Below are positions 25,860 to 36,479 of a stretch of 64,000 bases of DNA, one piece after another. This stretch comes from Octopus sinensis (Eukaryota): contig NW_021833017.1 in NCBI RefSeq assembly GCF_006345805.1, positions 28,870 through 92,869 on the forward strand, read 5' to 3'. The notes beneath the pieces were generated by a model. The model was not told the origin of the DNA. It saw nothing but the letters and a program-made list of their open reading frames with translations, and ran no database searches. The position numbers and the translations under genes are program-made. How positions within the stretch are numbered: the stretch's first letter is position 1; each line of letters opens with the position of its first letter.

Positions 25860-28800
25860 CATATAAAATACCATATACATTAAAACACATTAAGAGGCTT
25901 CCATCATAGGAATGCCTTGCGCTAGAAAGAACAGTTAAAGTCCAAGCCACAAATTAGGGATAAATTCTGGACTTTAACTGTTCTTTCTAGCGTAAGGCAT
26001 TCCTATGTTGGAAGCCTCTTAATGTGTTTTAATGTACACAGTATTTTATATGAATAATATCTAGTCTATTATCTAAATTTTTTGCGCTAGACTACTGGTA
26101 GTAAAAATTTCTATAATTTTTATTACCCTGATATTATTTATTTATTATGTATATATATGTGTGTGTGTGTGCATAAACTCTTCTCTATAGCAGAAGACTG
26201 AGTTCAACTCACTGTCATGCTAATTATTAGACCATCTTGAAATCCTATCATTGATAGATTAGCATCATATCTAACAAATCAGTGAAAGAAATAGTATTCG
26301 TCTGATGTGTAGAAGCCAGAACCAAACACTGGATATTTCAGAGAGAAACTAAAGAAATTTGCATTTTTACAAAGATCCACAAAAGTTACAGACAAGAAAA
26401 GGCATATTTTTCCTTCTACGACTGGAAATTGGAATTATAAGTTGATAAAATGAAATGTTTTCTTAGAGTGAAACTGTGTGAATTTAGAGATAATGACACT
26501 GTGCATGTGCTGTGTGTGCACACATGAAAATTTATTTGGTGCAGCCTGTCTCTCCTCCAGAATATTCACTGCAGCAAAACTTCAAAGGAATCGAGCATCA
26601 TCTCAGTTGCAGCAAGAGACTGGATTGGTTCTGCTGGCTGAGCTCAACAAGAACTTAACTTATCACCACTGTGCAGCACTAACAACTGCACACCAGGTAG
26701 AGATTGCTTAAATAAGAGAATGGACATGCAAGTAGACATAACTGTGGCTGAGAAGCTCATGGTTTCAGGTTCAGTCCCACTGTGTGGCACCTTCTACTAT
26801 AGCCCTGGGCCAACCAATGCCTTGCAAGAAAATTTTGTAGACGGAAACCGTGTAGAAGCTCATCATATATAGGTATATGCATGTGTGTCTTTGTATTTGT
26901 GTTTAACCCCCACTACTGTTTGATAACCAGTGTTGGTTTAGTTAGTTAGTTAGTTAGCTAATTTGGCTCAAAAGCAAATAGCAAGGCCATGTAGGGGGAA
27001 ATGGAGTTAAGTACAGGGTGGTGTTCATGTAAAGAGTTCAGGCCACTTGAGGTCCAGGGAGGCTTTGAACAAAGCGGTCGTCGGCATCTTTACCATCTCG
27101 TCTGGCAGCTTGTTCCACGGTTTGTTTACATTCCTTTAATCTATTGGCTCAGCAAAAGAGACCAACAGAATAAGTACTACCAGACTTAAAAATAAGCAGT
27201 GGGGATGATTTGTTTCATTAAGCCCTTCAATGTAGTGCTCCAGCATGGCCTCAGTAAGCAAAAAAGTAAAAGGTAATGCTCAATAAGAACTGATCAATTC
27301 TCACCAAGCTACAAGCACTGATGTCTACCACATGAGGCCCAGGGCTATAGTAGAAGACACTTACCCGAGGTGCCACACAGTGGGACTGAGCCTGAATCCA
27401 TGAGCTTCTTTCTCAGCCACAAATGAATTCAAAACTGATTTTAATAAAATGAAGAATAACCAAATGAAAGAGTCTCACCATCTGATTGTTCTTGCAGGTG
27501 TCCTCCTAGCACTTTGTTATCTCTGATGTGATCCAATGAGTTAGTCACAAGTTTCTGAAACAATGGGCTCCCAGAGATGTTAGCCTGTTTCCAATAGGTG
27601 ATATAATGGTCCCAGAGTCGGTAAAGACAGCAAGTGGTTTTGCCAGTACCACTTCGGCCCAACACAATGATGGCTTCTTTACTGTTGTCGACTATGATGT
27701 TAGATTCCGCTTCTTTTACTTCAAACGGGAAAGAAGCATTCAACGTACTCTCCTGAAATATATATCTTACCAATGAAGAGGTAAAACGGTAGAATTTCAT
27801 AATATTCACTTCACTTTCACTGTTAATAGAAAGATATGAGTGACAGATGTCGTTGCCTTTATTGTCGTCACACTTGTCAAAGACACGTGGTGACAATACA
27901 CCAGACAGACTCTGGGTAGAGAGTACAGGTTTTAAATACTGACAACAGGGTAAACTAGCCTTGTAACATCTCACAATATTGTCTATAATGGATCTGAACT
28001 TGTTTAAATTAAAAACCACTTTCCAGATACAAAGCACCTCTGAATATTGTTCCAGTTCTAAAAAAACAAAACAAAAAAAAAACAAGAGATAATATATAGA
28101 TATAAATACATATATATACGTATAAATTCATAGAATCATGTGGCTAAGACATAAAGCTCTTCTAGCAGACTCAGCTAACTGACCACAAAGTAATCCAATA
28201 CCAGAAGATTGCAAAACAACTGTAATTCACCTCACATACCTCTTGACATTTTATGGTTTACAGACACACGCATGCATACAAAAATATATAGACATACACA
28301 CACACACACACACACACATGCATATACTCTAAGACTGATATATAAATAGATTGATATACAAATAGACAGACAAACTGATAGATGGATAAAACATGCCCCA
28401 CTTCCTAGCACCACATTATGAGTAGCCTTAGCAGCATAACAGAGTAAGATGAGTGACAAAGAGCAGAGTCACTCTGAATTCCATTTTGCATGAAGGAAAT
28501 ACTGAACAGGAAAGTAGAAACTCTGAATGAAATTCTGGTGTTGATGTAGACTCCAGAAGCCACAGTGAAGGAATGGATGTGGGGATGTTATCATGTAGGA
28601 ACTTGAAATGAAAAACACTAATTAGTGGTCATGTGACTTCTGAATAAGAGCTCTACAGACTCAGAAAGACAAAGATAGAAGGTATAGAAGTTGGAAGATC
28701 CCTTTACTGGAAACAGGTTTACAGAAATAGAAGGTGACGTGTATGGCAAGGAGGACACAGAGACATGTGGCATTGCAGGTAACTGAGAGTTGTTATGCAA

Positions 28801-31773
28801 TAACCTGTTTGGAATTGTTGACCAAATCTGTGGATGGAGCAAGGTTCCAGCCAGATAGCAGATAACAGGATGGTAAAAAGCTCTAGAATACAGAGTGTTG
28901 TAATACCTAAGAGGAAGATTTGGGAAATAGGGATGAAAATGGAGAGAAAACAACAACATCATGAAGGTAAAAAACAAGCAAAGTGTCAGGTGTATATAGT
29001 AAAGAGAGGAGAGAAAAGTAAAGGGTTTGTTAATATTGTGCAATGAGAGAATTGAAAGTGTGAGGTGCTTTGGATTACAAAACAGTCAGGATGAGTCAGG
29101 ATTATCATTGGTGAAAAATTTATACAGAAAGATACATTTGCAACCACTGATGCTGAGAAGAAAGATGCTTGGAGATGTATGTTAAGAGCTTTTGAGCAAG
29201 AAGAATGCATGGGAGAAAGAGAGAGACTTCTGAAAAGAGCTGAAAGAGACGACCATATGCTGGACGTTGATAGCTAAACAATCAAAGAATATCTGAGGAT
29301 ATGAAGCACAAGTGTAAATACAAGTGGCGAAAATGGGGATTCTTCTGAAGGATTATTGAAGGAACATTACTTGACAGGGTTTGCAGCTTGGAGATAAGTG
29401 AGTCTCTCCAGGTCAAGCAACTGTTTGTATACCCCAGGGATTAAAATGCTCCAGAAAAGAATTATAGGAGAGATTCTTTAAGCTGAGACAATGGTCAGAA
29501 GATGCAGGTGTAAAGGTAGACCAACAATGAGATAACTGTAATCCGTAGTCTCGGTTGGTTGTGCAAAGAATCCAGCCAGAAAGTGTAATGATGGTTGCTT
29601 CAAACAAAACCATATAGAGTAAGTGCCTGAGGAGTTTACCATTAGCAAGCTTCGGAGGGAGAAGGTGGATGAATAAAAGGGAAGTGGCTGGACCCTCATG
29701 GATAATGAATGAAATGCTGAAGTAGGTAATGACATTATTCACATAGTCAGACAGGATGTCCAAGGAACTGTCATAGCCAATGCCCGGCAGGAACATCAGT
29801 TGCCACAAAATAGAAGCAAATACTCTGAAAAGAAGCAACTGCAGAGATATATGAAGCTGATGGATAAAATTATGAAAGAAACTGCCAAGGTGATAGAAAC
29901 ATTCATTAAAAGAAGTACTAACTGAGATTAAGATGCAGTTTGTGTTTGTAGCAGATCAGACTCCAACCAATGCCTTCTTTCTAGTAGCAAAACAACTGCA
30001 GGAAAAAGTTCTGAACGAAAAATTATCCACAATAACTAACAATTGTTACCTGGAGAAGACCTGTGATAATAACAAAGTCTATTCTTTCAATTTCTCAGAT
30101 GCTCCCTGAGAAGCAGTTGACAGATTCCATTCAGTAGAGGTGGCAAGATGGTAGAATTGTTAGCAGACAAAATGCTTAGTGGCATTTCCTGTGACTCTTT
30201 GCATTCTGAATTCAAATTCTACCAAGATCAACTTTCCAATATTCTGTGAAAACACACATCTGGCCATGGAGTAATATTACCCTGCATGGAAACAGGTTGC
30301 TAACAGGAAAGGCATCTGGTTGTTGTAAATCTGCTTCAATAAACCACATCTGACCCATGAAGGGATGGAAAACTGGACGTCAAATAAAGGTGATCTGAAC
30401 CTCAACAACAACAACAACTACAATCAGGTTTTCAGAGAAATTTTTTGTTTTGCTTTCTTTTTTATTTTATTTTAAACCTTTCCAATGTTATTTGAATTAA
30501 ATATTTCTATCATGGTGTTTTTGTGATTTTATTCTTCTTCTACAACCTTTGTTTATCATTTTCGAAATCTGAATAAATTCTAACTCTTTTCAGATGTATG
30601 AAAATGGCATGCCAAAAAACAAAAACAAAAATGAATTTATCTGCCAACCAAATATTTGACGGAGATGACCAGCCGACCACCTGCTATTTCATTTCCCATG
30701 TAGAATATTTTAAGTTAACTCCAAGTACTAACACTATGGTCAGAAAAGAATTTCAATTCAACTGATGGTCACTGGCTGAACATTTTGAAATTTCAGCCAC
30801 TTTTATGAGTTAATAATTAAAAATAAATCAAAAAGAAATTTTAAAAAACATGCAAACAGGTAAATCTTCCTACCTGGCAGATAATTAATAGTCAATTGCC
30901 AAATGATGCGTGAATTATGTGACAGGTGAAATGTGTACAGTTTTAGACTGTTGGGAATATCTTTCAGTTTCCTCACACATCTACTCTTGTAGCCAGAAGC
31001 TAACTTTTTGATGGCTAAAACAGTTTGTCTGCGTGTTTTATCTGTTAAGTCTCTGCTCTTTAAAGTATTCCAAACATCTTGTGTACATATGACTTTCCAA
31101 TTCAAATTTTCAAATAAATTTTCTTTGAACAAATCTTCATTTTTATTGTTGTCATCATCATCATCAGCATCATCTTCGTCATCATCATCATCCTTCTCAG
31201 AGTCTGTCTGTTCACAGTCTTTAATTACATCTGCATTGAAATCCATACATATGTCAACTTTTATATCTTGCTCTGTAATTCTTTCAGAAACAGTTTCTCT
31301 TCTCTCTTTGATTATCGTGTTAGATGAATTCATTTCTTCAAATTTATATTCAGTTAAAGATTCTATTTTAGCCTTCATTTCACTTTCCAAACTTTCTGGA
31401 ACAGATTTCAAAGAATTGCTTTCCTGATTTTTTGCCTTCTTTGACTGTGTTTCAATCTCTGAAATTTCAGGCTGACAGTTAACTGAATGACTTTTCGTTA
31501 TTTCTTCAAAAGCCTCTGGTTTAGAATTTGAAATTTTGGAATTTTTCTTTTGACACTTTTGCTTCTTGACTTTTTCTGTTGTTGGTAAAATATCTGGCAA
31601 TAAATTCAGAGCTTTCAATTGTTCAATTAATGTTGATGTAACAGAATTGTTCAGAAACTCTTCACATGGTTGATATTTGCCATTTTTCTCAATGAAACAT
31701 GAATCTAAACAACTGTACTTCTCTTTGTCAGACTCATAAAGTTTCAGAAGTGCATTAACAATATCAGAGTAAC
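4457..31773 (-). CDS. TRANK1: TRANK1-like gene (TPR/ankyrin protein with UvrD-like SF1 helicase), partial spliced model: join(31773-30874, 28057-27479, 24967-24342, 20325-19898, 19385-19229, 14498-14361, 13125-13020, 11081-10869, 10041-9719, 4621-4457); 5' and 3' ends not resolved
   Basis: Ten exons with AG acceptors and GT (one GC) donors. Phases chain 1-1-1-0-2-0-0-1-1-0-0 and give 3635 nt of open frame. SF1 motifs in order: GRSGTGKTT (Walker A), VDEVQD (Walker B), GDTAQSI, NYRSHSG, LTIAESKGLEF, LYTALTRAK, then TPR-like helices. The segments match vertebrate TRANK1 as recalled (e.g. GRSGTGKTTCCLYRLW, QDFTQAEL, FLTGDTAQSIM.GVAFRF.DL.SLF, YFPESFD, EFGA.Q). No database search was run. Confidence 0.92.
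4720..4860 (-). mobile_element. tRNA-derived SINE 5' half (related copies at about 6060-6213, 30140-30250, 43470-43700)
   Basis: Shared gaatttgaactcagaacg / cgaccccgaaaggatgaaaggcaaagtc blocks. B-box-like GAGTTCAAATTCC on the minus strand. Confidence 0.65.
4890..6050 (+). mobile_element. R4/Dong-like non-LTR retrotransposon 3' fragment (CCHC finger plus restriction-like endonuclease) with (AAT)n tail
   Basis: LHPKANVHRLYMKR..GG.GL, C..CGERVESVTHIVSAC...KRRHD, IIDVAVPGD...KY..L, VPTVIGALG. AAT-type repeats on both flanks. Confidence 0.85.
7014..7108 (-). ncRNA. Type I hammerhead ribozyme (inverted twin), sense to the TRANK1-like pre-mRNA
   Basis: Reverse complement of 7569-7663 with an intact core. 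One difference lies in the stem II extension. Confidence 0.85.
7569..7663 (+). ncRNA. Type I hammerhead ribozyme, canonical core
   Basis: Stem I ccttgtttttc/gagaataaagg; CUGAUGA 7580-7586; stem II gaaggc...gccttc (extended gcataat/attatgc); GAAA 7641-7644; stem III AC-auau-GU; cleavage triplet GUC ending at 7652. Confidence 0.85.
7890..8348 (-). mobile_element. Abundant SINE-like repeat with (CAT/ATG)n tail (relatives at about 6215-6450, 13430-13600, 21130-21290, 46700-47070, 63480-63575)
   Basis: Shared core ggaagggcatcca...aaccgtccaacccatgctagcatggaaa..gacgttaaa(tgat)n in both orientations. Confidence 0.75.
9719..10041 (-). CDS. TRANK1: TRANK1-like exon, TPR-like helices; probable GC donor
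   Basis: Acceptor ctatttttag|AC. SSTPEEW...AIKCFQKSG...ELSARLYRKCHK, then AAG|gcatgt. 323 nt. Confidence 0.85.
10869..11081 (-). CDS. TRANK1: TRANK1-like exon with helicase motif VI
   Basis: Acceptor cctttgcag|AT, donor GAAG|gtatga. 213 nt. LNSELKYLYTALTRAKHNIWIFD. Confidence 0.94.
12250..12500 (-). pseudogene. Highly degenerate Tc1/mariner transposase fragment
   Basis: Minus frame DAPHYS...WNTLHPP* resembles the DNA.PH...HPPYSPDL region. Weak. Confidence 0.35.
13020..13125 (-). CDS. TRANK1: TRANK1-like exon
   Basis: Acceptor caattacag|GTG, donor TTCG|gtgaat. 106 nt. VTDEWRIITSYLQE (cf. EWKIISSF). Confidence 0.88.
14361..14498 (-). CDS. TRANK1: TRANK1-like exon with helicase motif V
   Basis: Acceptor ctatttcag|GCT, donor CTG|gtacag. 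138 nt. AILVANNQAK...VLTIAESKGLEFNDILLYNFFKDSL. Confidence 0.94.
15199..15261. repeat. (AT)n microsatellite, one of many TA/CA/GT runs
   Basis: Directly visible. Confidence 0.98.
15421..15880 (+). mobile_element. GC-richer repeat resembling a LINE (RTE-like) 5' UTR derivative
   Basis: Starts right after (TA)n. Contains ggcatccttctaggagaaggtaactc, similar to motifs in RTE-type 5' UTRs as recalled. Confidence 0.35.
17135..17336. repeat. Hairpin element: 83-bp inverted arms, 36-nt loop
   Basis: 17135-17217 vs 17254-17336 are near-perfect reverse complements, followed by (TA)n. Confidence 0.92.
18094..19160 (+). mobile_element. Degenerate mariner (DD34D) transposon with TIRs
   Basis: TIRs ggttgtttcatatgaaat / atttcatgtgaaacaacc. 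Relic transposase VWWSAKGVIHY, HPP*SPDISPTDHHLF, GSYFD*. Confidence 0.88.
19229..19385 (-). CDS. TRANK1: TRANK1-like exon (missed by the ORF track)
   Basis: Acceptor cttcttatag|ATAT, donor CAG|gtatgt. 157 nt. (R)YFPESFDKTEKDFGSYEGPKPKIFEFCNNENLIMLLGGEKQRSNQIEFGAQQ. Confidence 0.93.
19898..20325 (-). CDS. TRANK1: TRANK1-like exon with Walker B and motifs III-IV
   Basis: Acceptor tatttgcag|GTATAC, donor AACAG|gtatgt. 428 nt. YVDEVQDFTQAEL, GDTAQSIMRGVAFRF, NYRSHSG. Confidence 0.95.
21991..22496 (-). mobile_element. Non-autonomous Helitron
   Basis: Minus strand: A|TC 5' end, 3' CCCGAGCAATGCCGGG hairpin, then CTAG|T. Confidence 0.8.
22517..23800 (+). mobile_element. Full-length 1284-bp mariner element with TA target duplication; transposase disrupted
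   Basis: About 37-bp TIRs CGAGGG.CGTT..ATAAGTAATGCCCCTGACCCACTT. Transposase from 22684 with TQDETW, LLQDNAP and PSDF motifs. Stop at 23020-23022 and frameshifts near 23225 and 23510. Confidence 0.95.
23803..24055. repeat. Inverted-repeat element (about 75-bp arms) with a degenerate hammerhead on the minus strand at 23878-23913
   Basis: Arms aaacaaaagacgaagacaggtgtatg... / ...catacacctgtcttcaccttttgttt. Minus core cttt-CTGCTGA-a-gtgc atag gctc-GAAA-tata-aaag. Confidence 0.7.
24342..24967 (-). CDS. TRANK1: TRANK1-like exon (helicase motif Ia region)
   Basis: Acceptor cttctatcag|AAGAAC, donor AAG|gtttgt. 626 nt. HLHQLFISRNNCLC, FPIFLTSKKFWVLLDASL, IWTEIMSIIKGS. Confidence 0.93.
25857..26055. 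repeat. Hairpin element: 88-bp inverted arms, 23-nt loop
   Basis: 25857-25944 vs 25968-26055, immediately after a (TA)n run. Confidence 0.93.
27479..28057 (-). CDS. TRANK1: TRANK1-like exon with helicase Walker A
   Basis: Acceptor ttttttttag|AACTG, donor GATG|gtgaga. 579 nt. IIVLGRSGTGKTTCCLYRLW. Confidence 0.93.
28430..30110 (+). mobile_element. Degenerate RTE-like LINE fragment
   Basis: Relic motifs AGPSWI.NEMLK and (N)CRDMKLMDKIMK. Many stops. Confidence 0.55.
30874..31773 (-). CDS. TRANK1: TRANK1-like exon: end of an ankyrin-like repeat (.YSDIVNALL), acidic linker, pre-helicase region
   Basis: Acceptor ttttattttag|GTTAC, donor CCAG|gtagga. 900 nt, phase 1-1, no stops. Includes ORF 30803..31618. 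Confidence 0.85.
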
Positions 31774-32643
31774 CTAAAATAAAACAAAGATATCATTAAA
31801 TCAAAGACAAAAGTTTATTTTTTATGGTTTTTGGAATAATTAGTATTACAATTTAGTAATTCTACCTGTTGTTAACCATGTAACCCGATCAAATTTGAAC
31901 TCATGATCAAGGTTTGAATTTATGACTATTTCATCAGTAATCTAGAAACTTATCTTCGTAAATATTGAATACCACATTCAAATAAACTAGGTTCAAAGAC
32001 AAAGTTAAAAATTTAGTCCACAGTATTACCGGTATTCCATGGTGAAAATATTTACTAAATATAAACTATAAACAAAGACTTTCTTTCTAACCACTTCGAG
32101 AAAGACCAAATGGATGGACCCTGATGAAACTGCACTGACAATATTGCAAGGTCGCATTTGCAATAGTGAGGGAACTGCAGCAGCGGAAACACGTGTAGGT
32201 CATTGTAATATGTTGTATGTAACCATAAAATAAATTTCATGGATGTACAAGTCTCCATACTCTTCTTCTCATTATTAATATTAATGGATACACCAGACAA
32301 TTTACCATCCAGTGAAGAGTACTTGGAATTACCACTGTATATACTTGAAAGTATAAGACACACTCGCAACTTAAACCATTGTTTATAATGTAAAAAGTTT
32401 ATCCTTGATAACGCTGGTTGATTTGTTTACCGTATTCAGACTTAATTGCTTCGACACTTTCCCATTACTTTTTGATTTATGCTTCTCATTATTAGGACAC
32501 TTTTGCAGCAATTGACACACAAAACCAAGCAGTCATTCATATGTGCTATGATTGGGAAAAAAATTCAATAAACTGTTTTAAATTGTAAGGAATTGTGTGA
32601 AAGATTGTGACAAAAATCAAAAGAAACGGAGAATCAAGTTATA

Positions 32644-33829
32644 CTAATCATCACTTTCAGCAAATAACTGGTAAAACTCCTCAGTTGTGGTGGTCTCATC
32701 ATATACAGCCTGATCCTCGTTTTCACTTGTCTGATCTTCATTAACTGATGAGGCACTGGGCCTAACATTTGCTGCACAGACAACTTCATTACATCGCTCA
32801 TTGTCTTCCATACCATCCATGAAATTTGAGATCCTGCAGTTCAAAAATGGTTTCATCACAGGTTCACTTGGTGTTTCAGCCACTGACAAACAGTCTTAAG
32901 GTCAAGGTGTTAAAAATTCCCAGCCTTTAGGCATGCCTGTTCACCTTAAAAGGCTTGTTCACTGACACGTTGAGTGGCTGAAGCACAGAACTACATACGT
33001 ACACCTGGAATCACAGCTTGGTAGCTATGACACCCCTTTAATCTATTTCTTATGCTGTTGATCAGTTGAGTCCTGAATATATCCCATACAAGAACAACTT
33101 GTACACACGGCATTTAACCAGTTCATCAATATGGTTTCATTCACTCACCCTTTCTCCTTTGCACTTTGGAAACTTCTCTTTCAGGAAAGTCTTTCTTTTG
33201 AAAACAACAACCAGAGTAAGTTTCGTACCGTCAGCCATACAAGCCAAAATTGCAGTGAAGTGGGCATTGTGTCACTCTCCGTAGTTTTTACCAAAATTAT
33301 GTTTCTCCCTTTAACATTGACTGTCCGAGTTCCATATTGAAAAAAGAGGGATCTCATCCATATTATCAATTGCTTCCAAGGCTCCTTTGTAGGTCCATCA
33401 CATATCAATGGAAGGAATCACCTTTGCTGTCTATGTAGGTGGTAATTTCTGTGCAATACGAGTCCTCTGACTCAGCGTAAGATTGTGGTGTTTCATAAAC
33501 CTTGCACACCAGCCAGGAAATGCTTTACAGTCGGATATACCATGTTCTTTTGTCACTTGGAAAGTCCACAATCGAATGATGTTTCTTATGACAAGTCCAG
33601 TCACCCAGTCTCTCCAAATAGTTTCCATCTCCTCACTGGGACTCATTCTTATCCTAATTTTCTTCAATGATCTGATGTCAACGGATTTCATTTTCTCTTC
33701 TTTCAAACACCAATCCCTGACCATTTTTTGTGAGACCCCAAATTCTCTTTCTTGATTTCAATATGACTTTGTGTATTCAACAACTTTCAGCTTGAAGGTG
33801 ATATCATATGAATTCTGCTTTCTCTTCAT
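32644..33829 (-). pseudogene. pogo/Tigger-like transposase relic (N-terminal DNA-binding domain, CENP-B-type HTH, DDE_1)
   Basis: MKRKQNSYDITFKLKVVEY; AFPGWCARFMKHHNLTLSQRTRIAQKLP; NMDEIPLF; HFTAILACMADGTKL; KPFLNCRISNFMDG. Confidence 0.85.
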
Positions 33830-33956
33830 GTTAACAAATAACAGAGCATCAAATTAAAGGAAGACAGGTATGGAACAAAAACAAATTTCCTTTGGCATAC
33901 ACACACATCAAATCCAGGAATCTAATCTACTGTGCCCTATGCCCCAAATTCTACAT

Positions 33957-34142
33957 TGTAGCAAACATTTTGAAAAATGTGGAAAAAGAGAATTCAAAAT
34001 ATTCCCCTTCTTCAAAGGGGAATATGAGAGGGTAGGTGTACACAAACAATAGATCTATGACCCTTCCATTAGAAACACAACCTGTAGCAAACATTTTGAA
34101 AAATGTGGAAAAAGAGAATTCAAAATATTCCCCTTCTTCAAA
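33957..34142. repeat. Two identical 60-bp direct repeats (33957-34016, 34083-34142)
   Basis: tgtagcaaacattttgaaaaatgtggaaaaagagaattcaaaatattccccttcttcaaa occurs twice, 126 bp apart. Confidence 0.95.
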
Positions 34143-35374
34143 CTGTGGACAGAAAATGAACATTTTTGTAAGGCCAAGGAAGAATGTTTCATTCCAAAAT
34201 ATCAGCCAAAACTGATCAACAAATAATACCACAACCACCAGAAATACCATCTCAACAATCCACAGAAAGACACCAACCTGGGCACCACCATTTGATTTTA
34301 CGACACATTTTTTACTTCAATAACATTTTTTTACAACTTGACATTCGATGCTTGAGAGAATCTGACAATGCTGCCTTCTCTGGAAGCGATGAGAGTAAGA
34401 GATCTAATCCGGTTTTTATGTGATACTTACATCCACCTTTCTGTACAATCTTATGTTTGCATACGTGTGGAAATATCTATGTGTGTGCAGGTATGTATAT
34501 TTACACAAAAATATACGGATATAAGTCTGTATGGATGTACACTCTCTTATGTGTGAACACATGTGTGTGTGTGTCTTTATGTGTGCATATGGATATTTAT
34601 GCATATGTATACACATAGAAACATGTAGGTATATGTGTGTGGGTGTGGATGTATGTATACATGTGTGTGTAAATGTGGATGAGTGTGTGTGATTAAATAA
34701 AGTCACACCAACTGTGGAAAAGGAATAAAATGACCTCAAACCAAAATATTCACAAAGGTCATCTTTTAACTCAGTGTTTTTGACCACTCCTAAAACTGTT
34801 CCATTTCTTTATACCTGATTGACCTCTTCTCATCACCATTTTCAAAGACCTTTTGTCTTCTTATCTTTCATCGTTTTCCTTTTCATTTTTTCTTCTTTTT
34901 TCACACATGCCTTTGTATTTACTTTTTGTATTCTTTTATTATTTTTTTATATATTTTATTTTATTTTTTTCTATCTTTTATTTTCTATTTGTATACAGGT
35001 AAGAAGATATCTTTTGCTATATAAGCAACCTTCTAAACCACAGAATTTCAGTTTGAAAATGGCTACCTTCTGCTCTGACATGTTTTTTCTGCTGTTAAGT
35101 ACAAGCACCGTTTTGTTACTCTGTTGTAGGCTTTGCCTTCTGGGACTGCCTGCTGTTTTGAACTGTCTCTGCATTAAATGATGCATTGCCAACTTTGGCA
35201 GAGTTGAACATTTTATTCCTCTTTTTAAGGGGTCAGTTGTTTTGAAGCATAAATTCCAAAGAAATGCCAATACAATTCTTCAGACCACTTTGTGGAGAGG
35301 TCGCCTGAATGGGTAGCATTGGAGAGTTACGATGAAGGTAGGCTGGCATGCTAAATGAAGGATCCAATCAGTAA

Positions 35375-36230
35375 CAATATTGAGAACAATGTCATGGCCA
35401 AGGTCAGGCAGACCAGTGAAGCAATGCACTTCTTGCCAGAATTTAAGGAAATAGTGCTTAAAGCAGAACATAAGGAGACTTCAAAGAGGAGGTTGACTCT
35501 ACCAGAAAGTAACATGGAAGACGCCTATAATTTATAGAACTTTGGCACTGGCATCAAGAAGGATGGAGATGGCATCCAGAGATGCCATCAAGAGGTGCTT
35601 GAAACCAAAATGGCAGGATATATCAACAAAGGAAAGTGTTTTGGTACTGTGGAGGTGAGGTTCGCTTCCAAAAAAAAAAGCAAAAGAATACTCAAAGAAA
35701 ACCTAGTGTTGCTTCCAACTTAGCTTGGAAGAACTGCCACAATTAAAATAGGGGCCTGTCTCATTTCAAATTCCAGAATGAAACTGCAAAACTGGGAGGG
35801 TTGTGGCTTGGAATTGTCAATCCTGGCCACCCAAAGAGATCTGGAAGAAATTCCAGAATATATATTATATTGTCACATGAGACAAAAATAAGGGTTATCA
35901 TAGAAGGAAGAAGCCCAAAGTGCTTCAGGTGTGGATAGAAGGGCCACATAAAAGCTAAGTACACACAGGGCATGTAACCAGAGGCACACCCTCCATCCAG
36001 CAAACCAGTACAAACGGAAGAACCAACTGGCATTGAAAAAGATAAACCTACCAACGTAGTACCACTGACCAACAAGCCGAACCCAGCAAAAGAGAAGTCA
36101 TCTAAAACTAGAACAAAGAAGCCCAAAAGAGGGGGAAAGTCCTATAAGAGACACCTAAGTAGATTCAACACTGGCCGAAAGCAGCAACGAATGGACAGAA
36201 GTAAAGAGGAAAAAGAGAGAAAAGAAAGAA
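35375..36230 (+). mobile_element. Degenerate LINE ORF1 (gag-like with CCHC knuckle), possibly L1/Tx1 type
   Basis: IRVIIEGRSPKCFRCG*KGHIKA, followed by a low-complexity K/T/S/P tail. Confidence 0.5.
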
Positions 36231-36479
36231 AAAAGACCCTTTCTCGCACTCCTATAAATGTTCAACCATCAGTAGACACAGATCAAAAACTCACACATTC
36301 CACTCACAATACACCAACAGTTTGTTTGCTAGATATAATCCATGTACACCTGAAAAAACCCAAAAAACCCAACCCAGATACACAAATGCATATATTAAAC
36401 CTTCCATATCTGAACACAAGAATGAACTATAAAGATGAATTAAAAAGTAATTTGAAATAAGTGTTATAAACCCTTCAAA

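Noticed and set aside
26530-26705. Plus-strand exon-like segment ending CCAG|GTAGAG
   Set aside because: No recognisable protein similarity and no partner exons were found.
34690-34815. Possible upstream TRANK1 exon (NGTVLGVVKNTELKDDLCEYF)
   Set aside because: There is no polypyrimidine acceptor on the minus strand, the donor is weak, and there is no clear ankyrin or TPR match.
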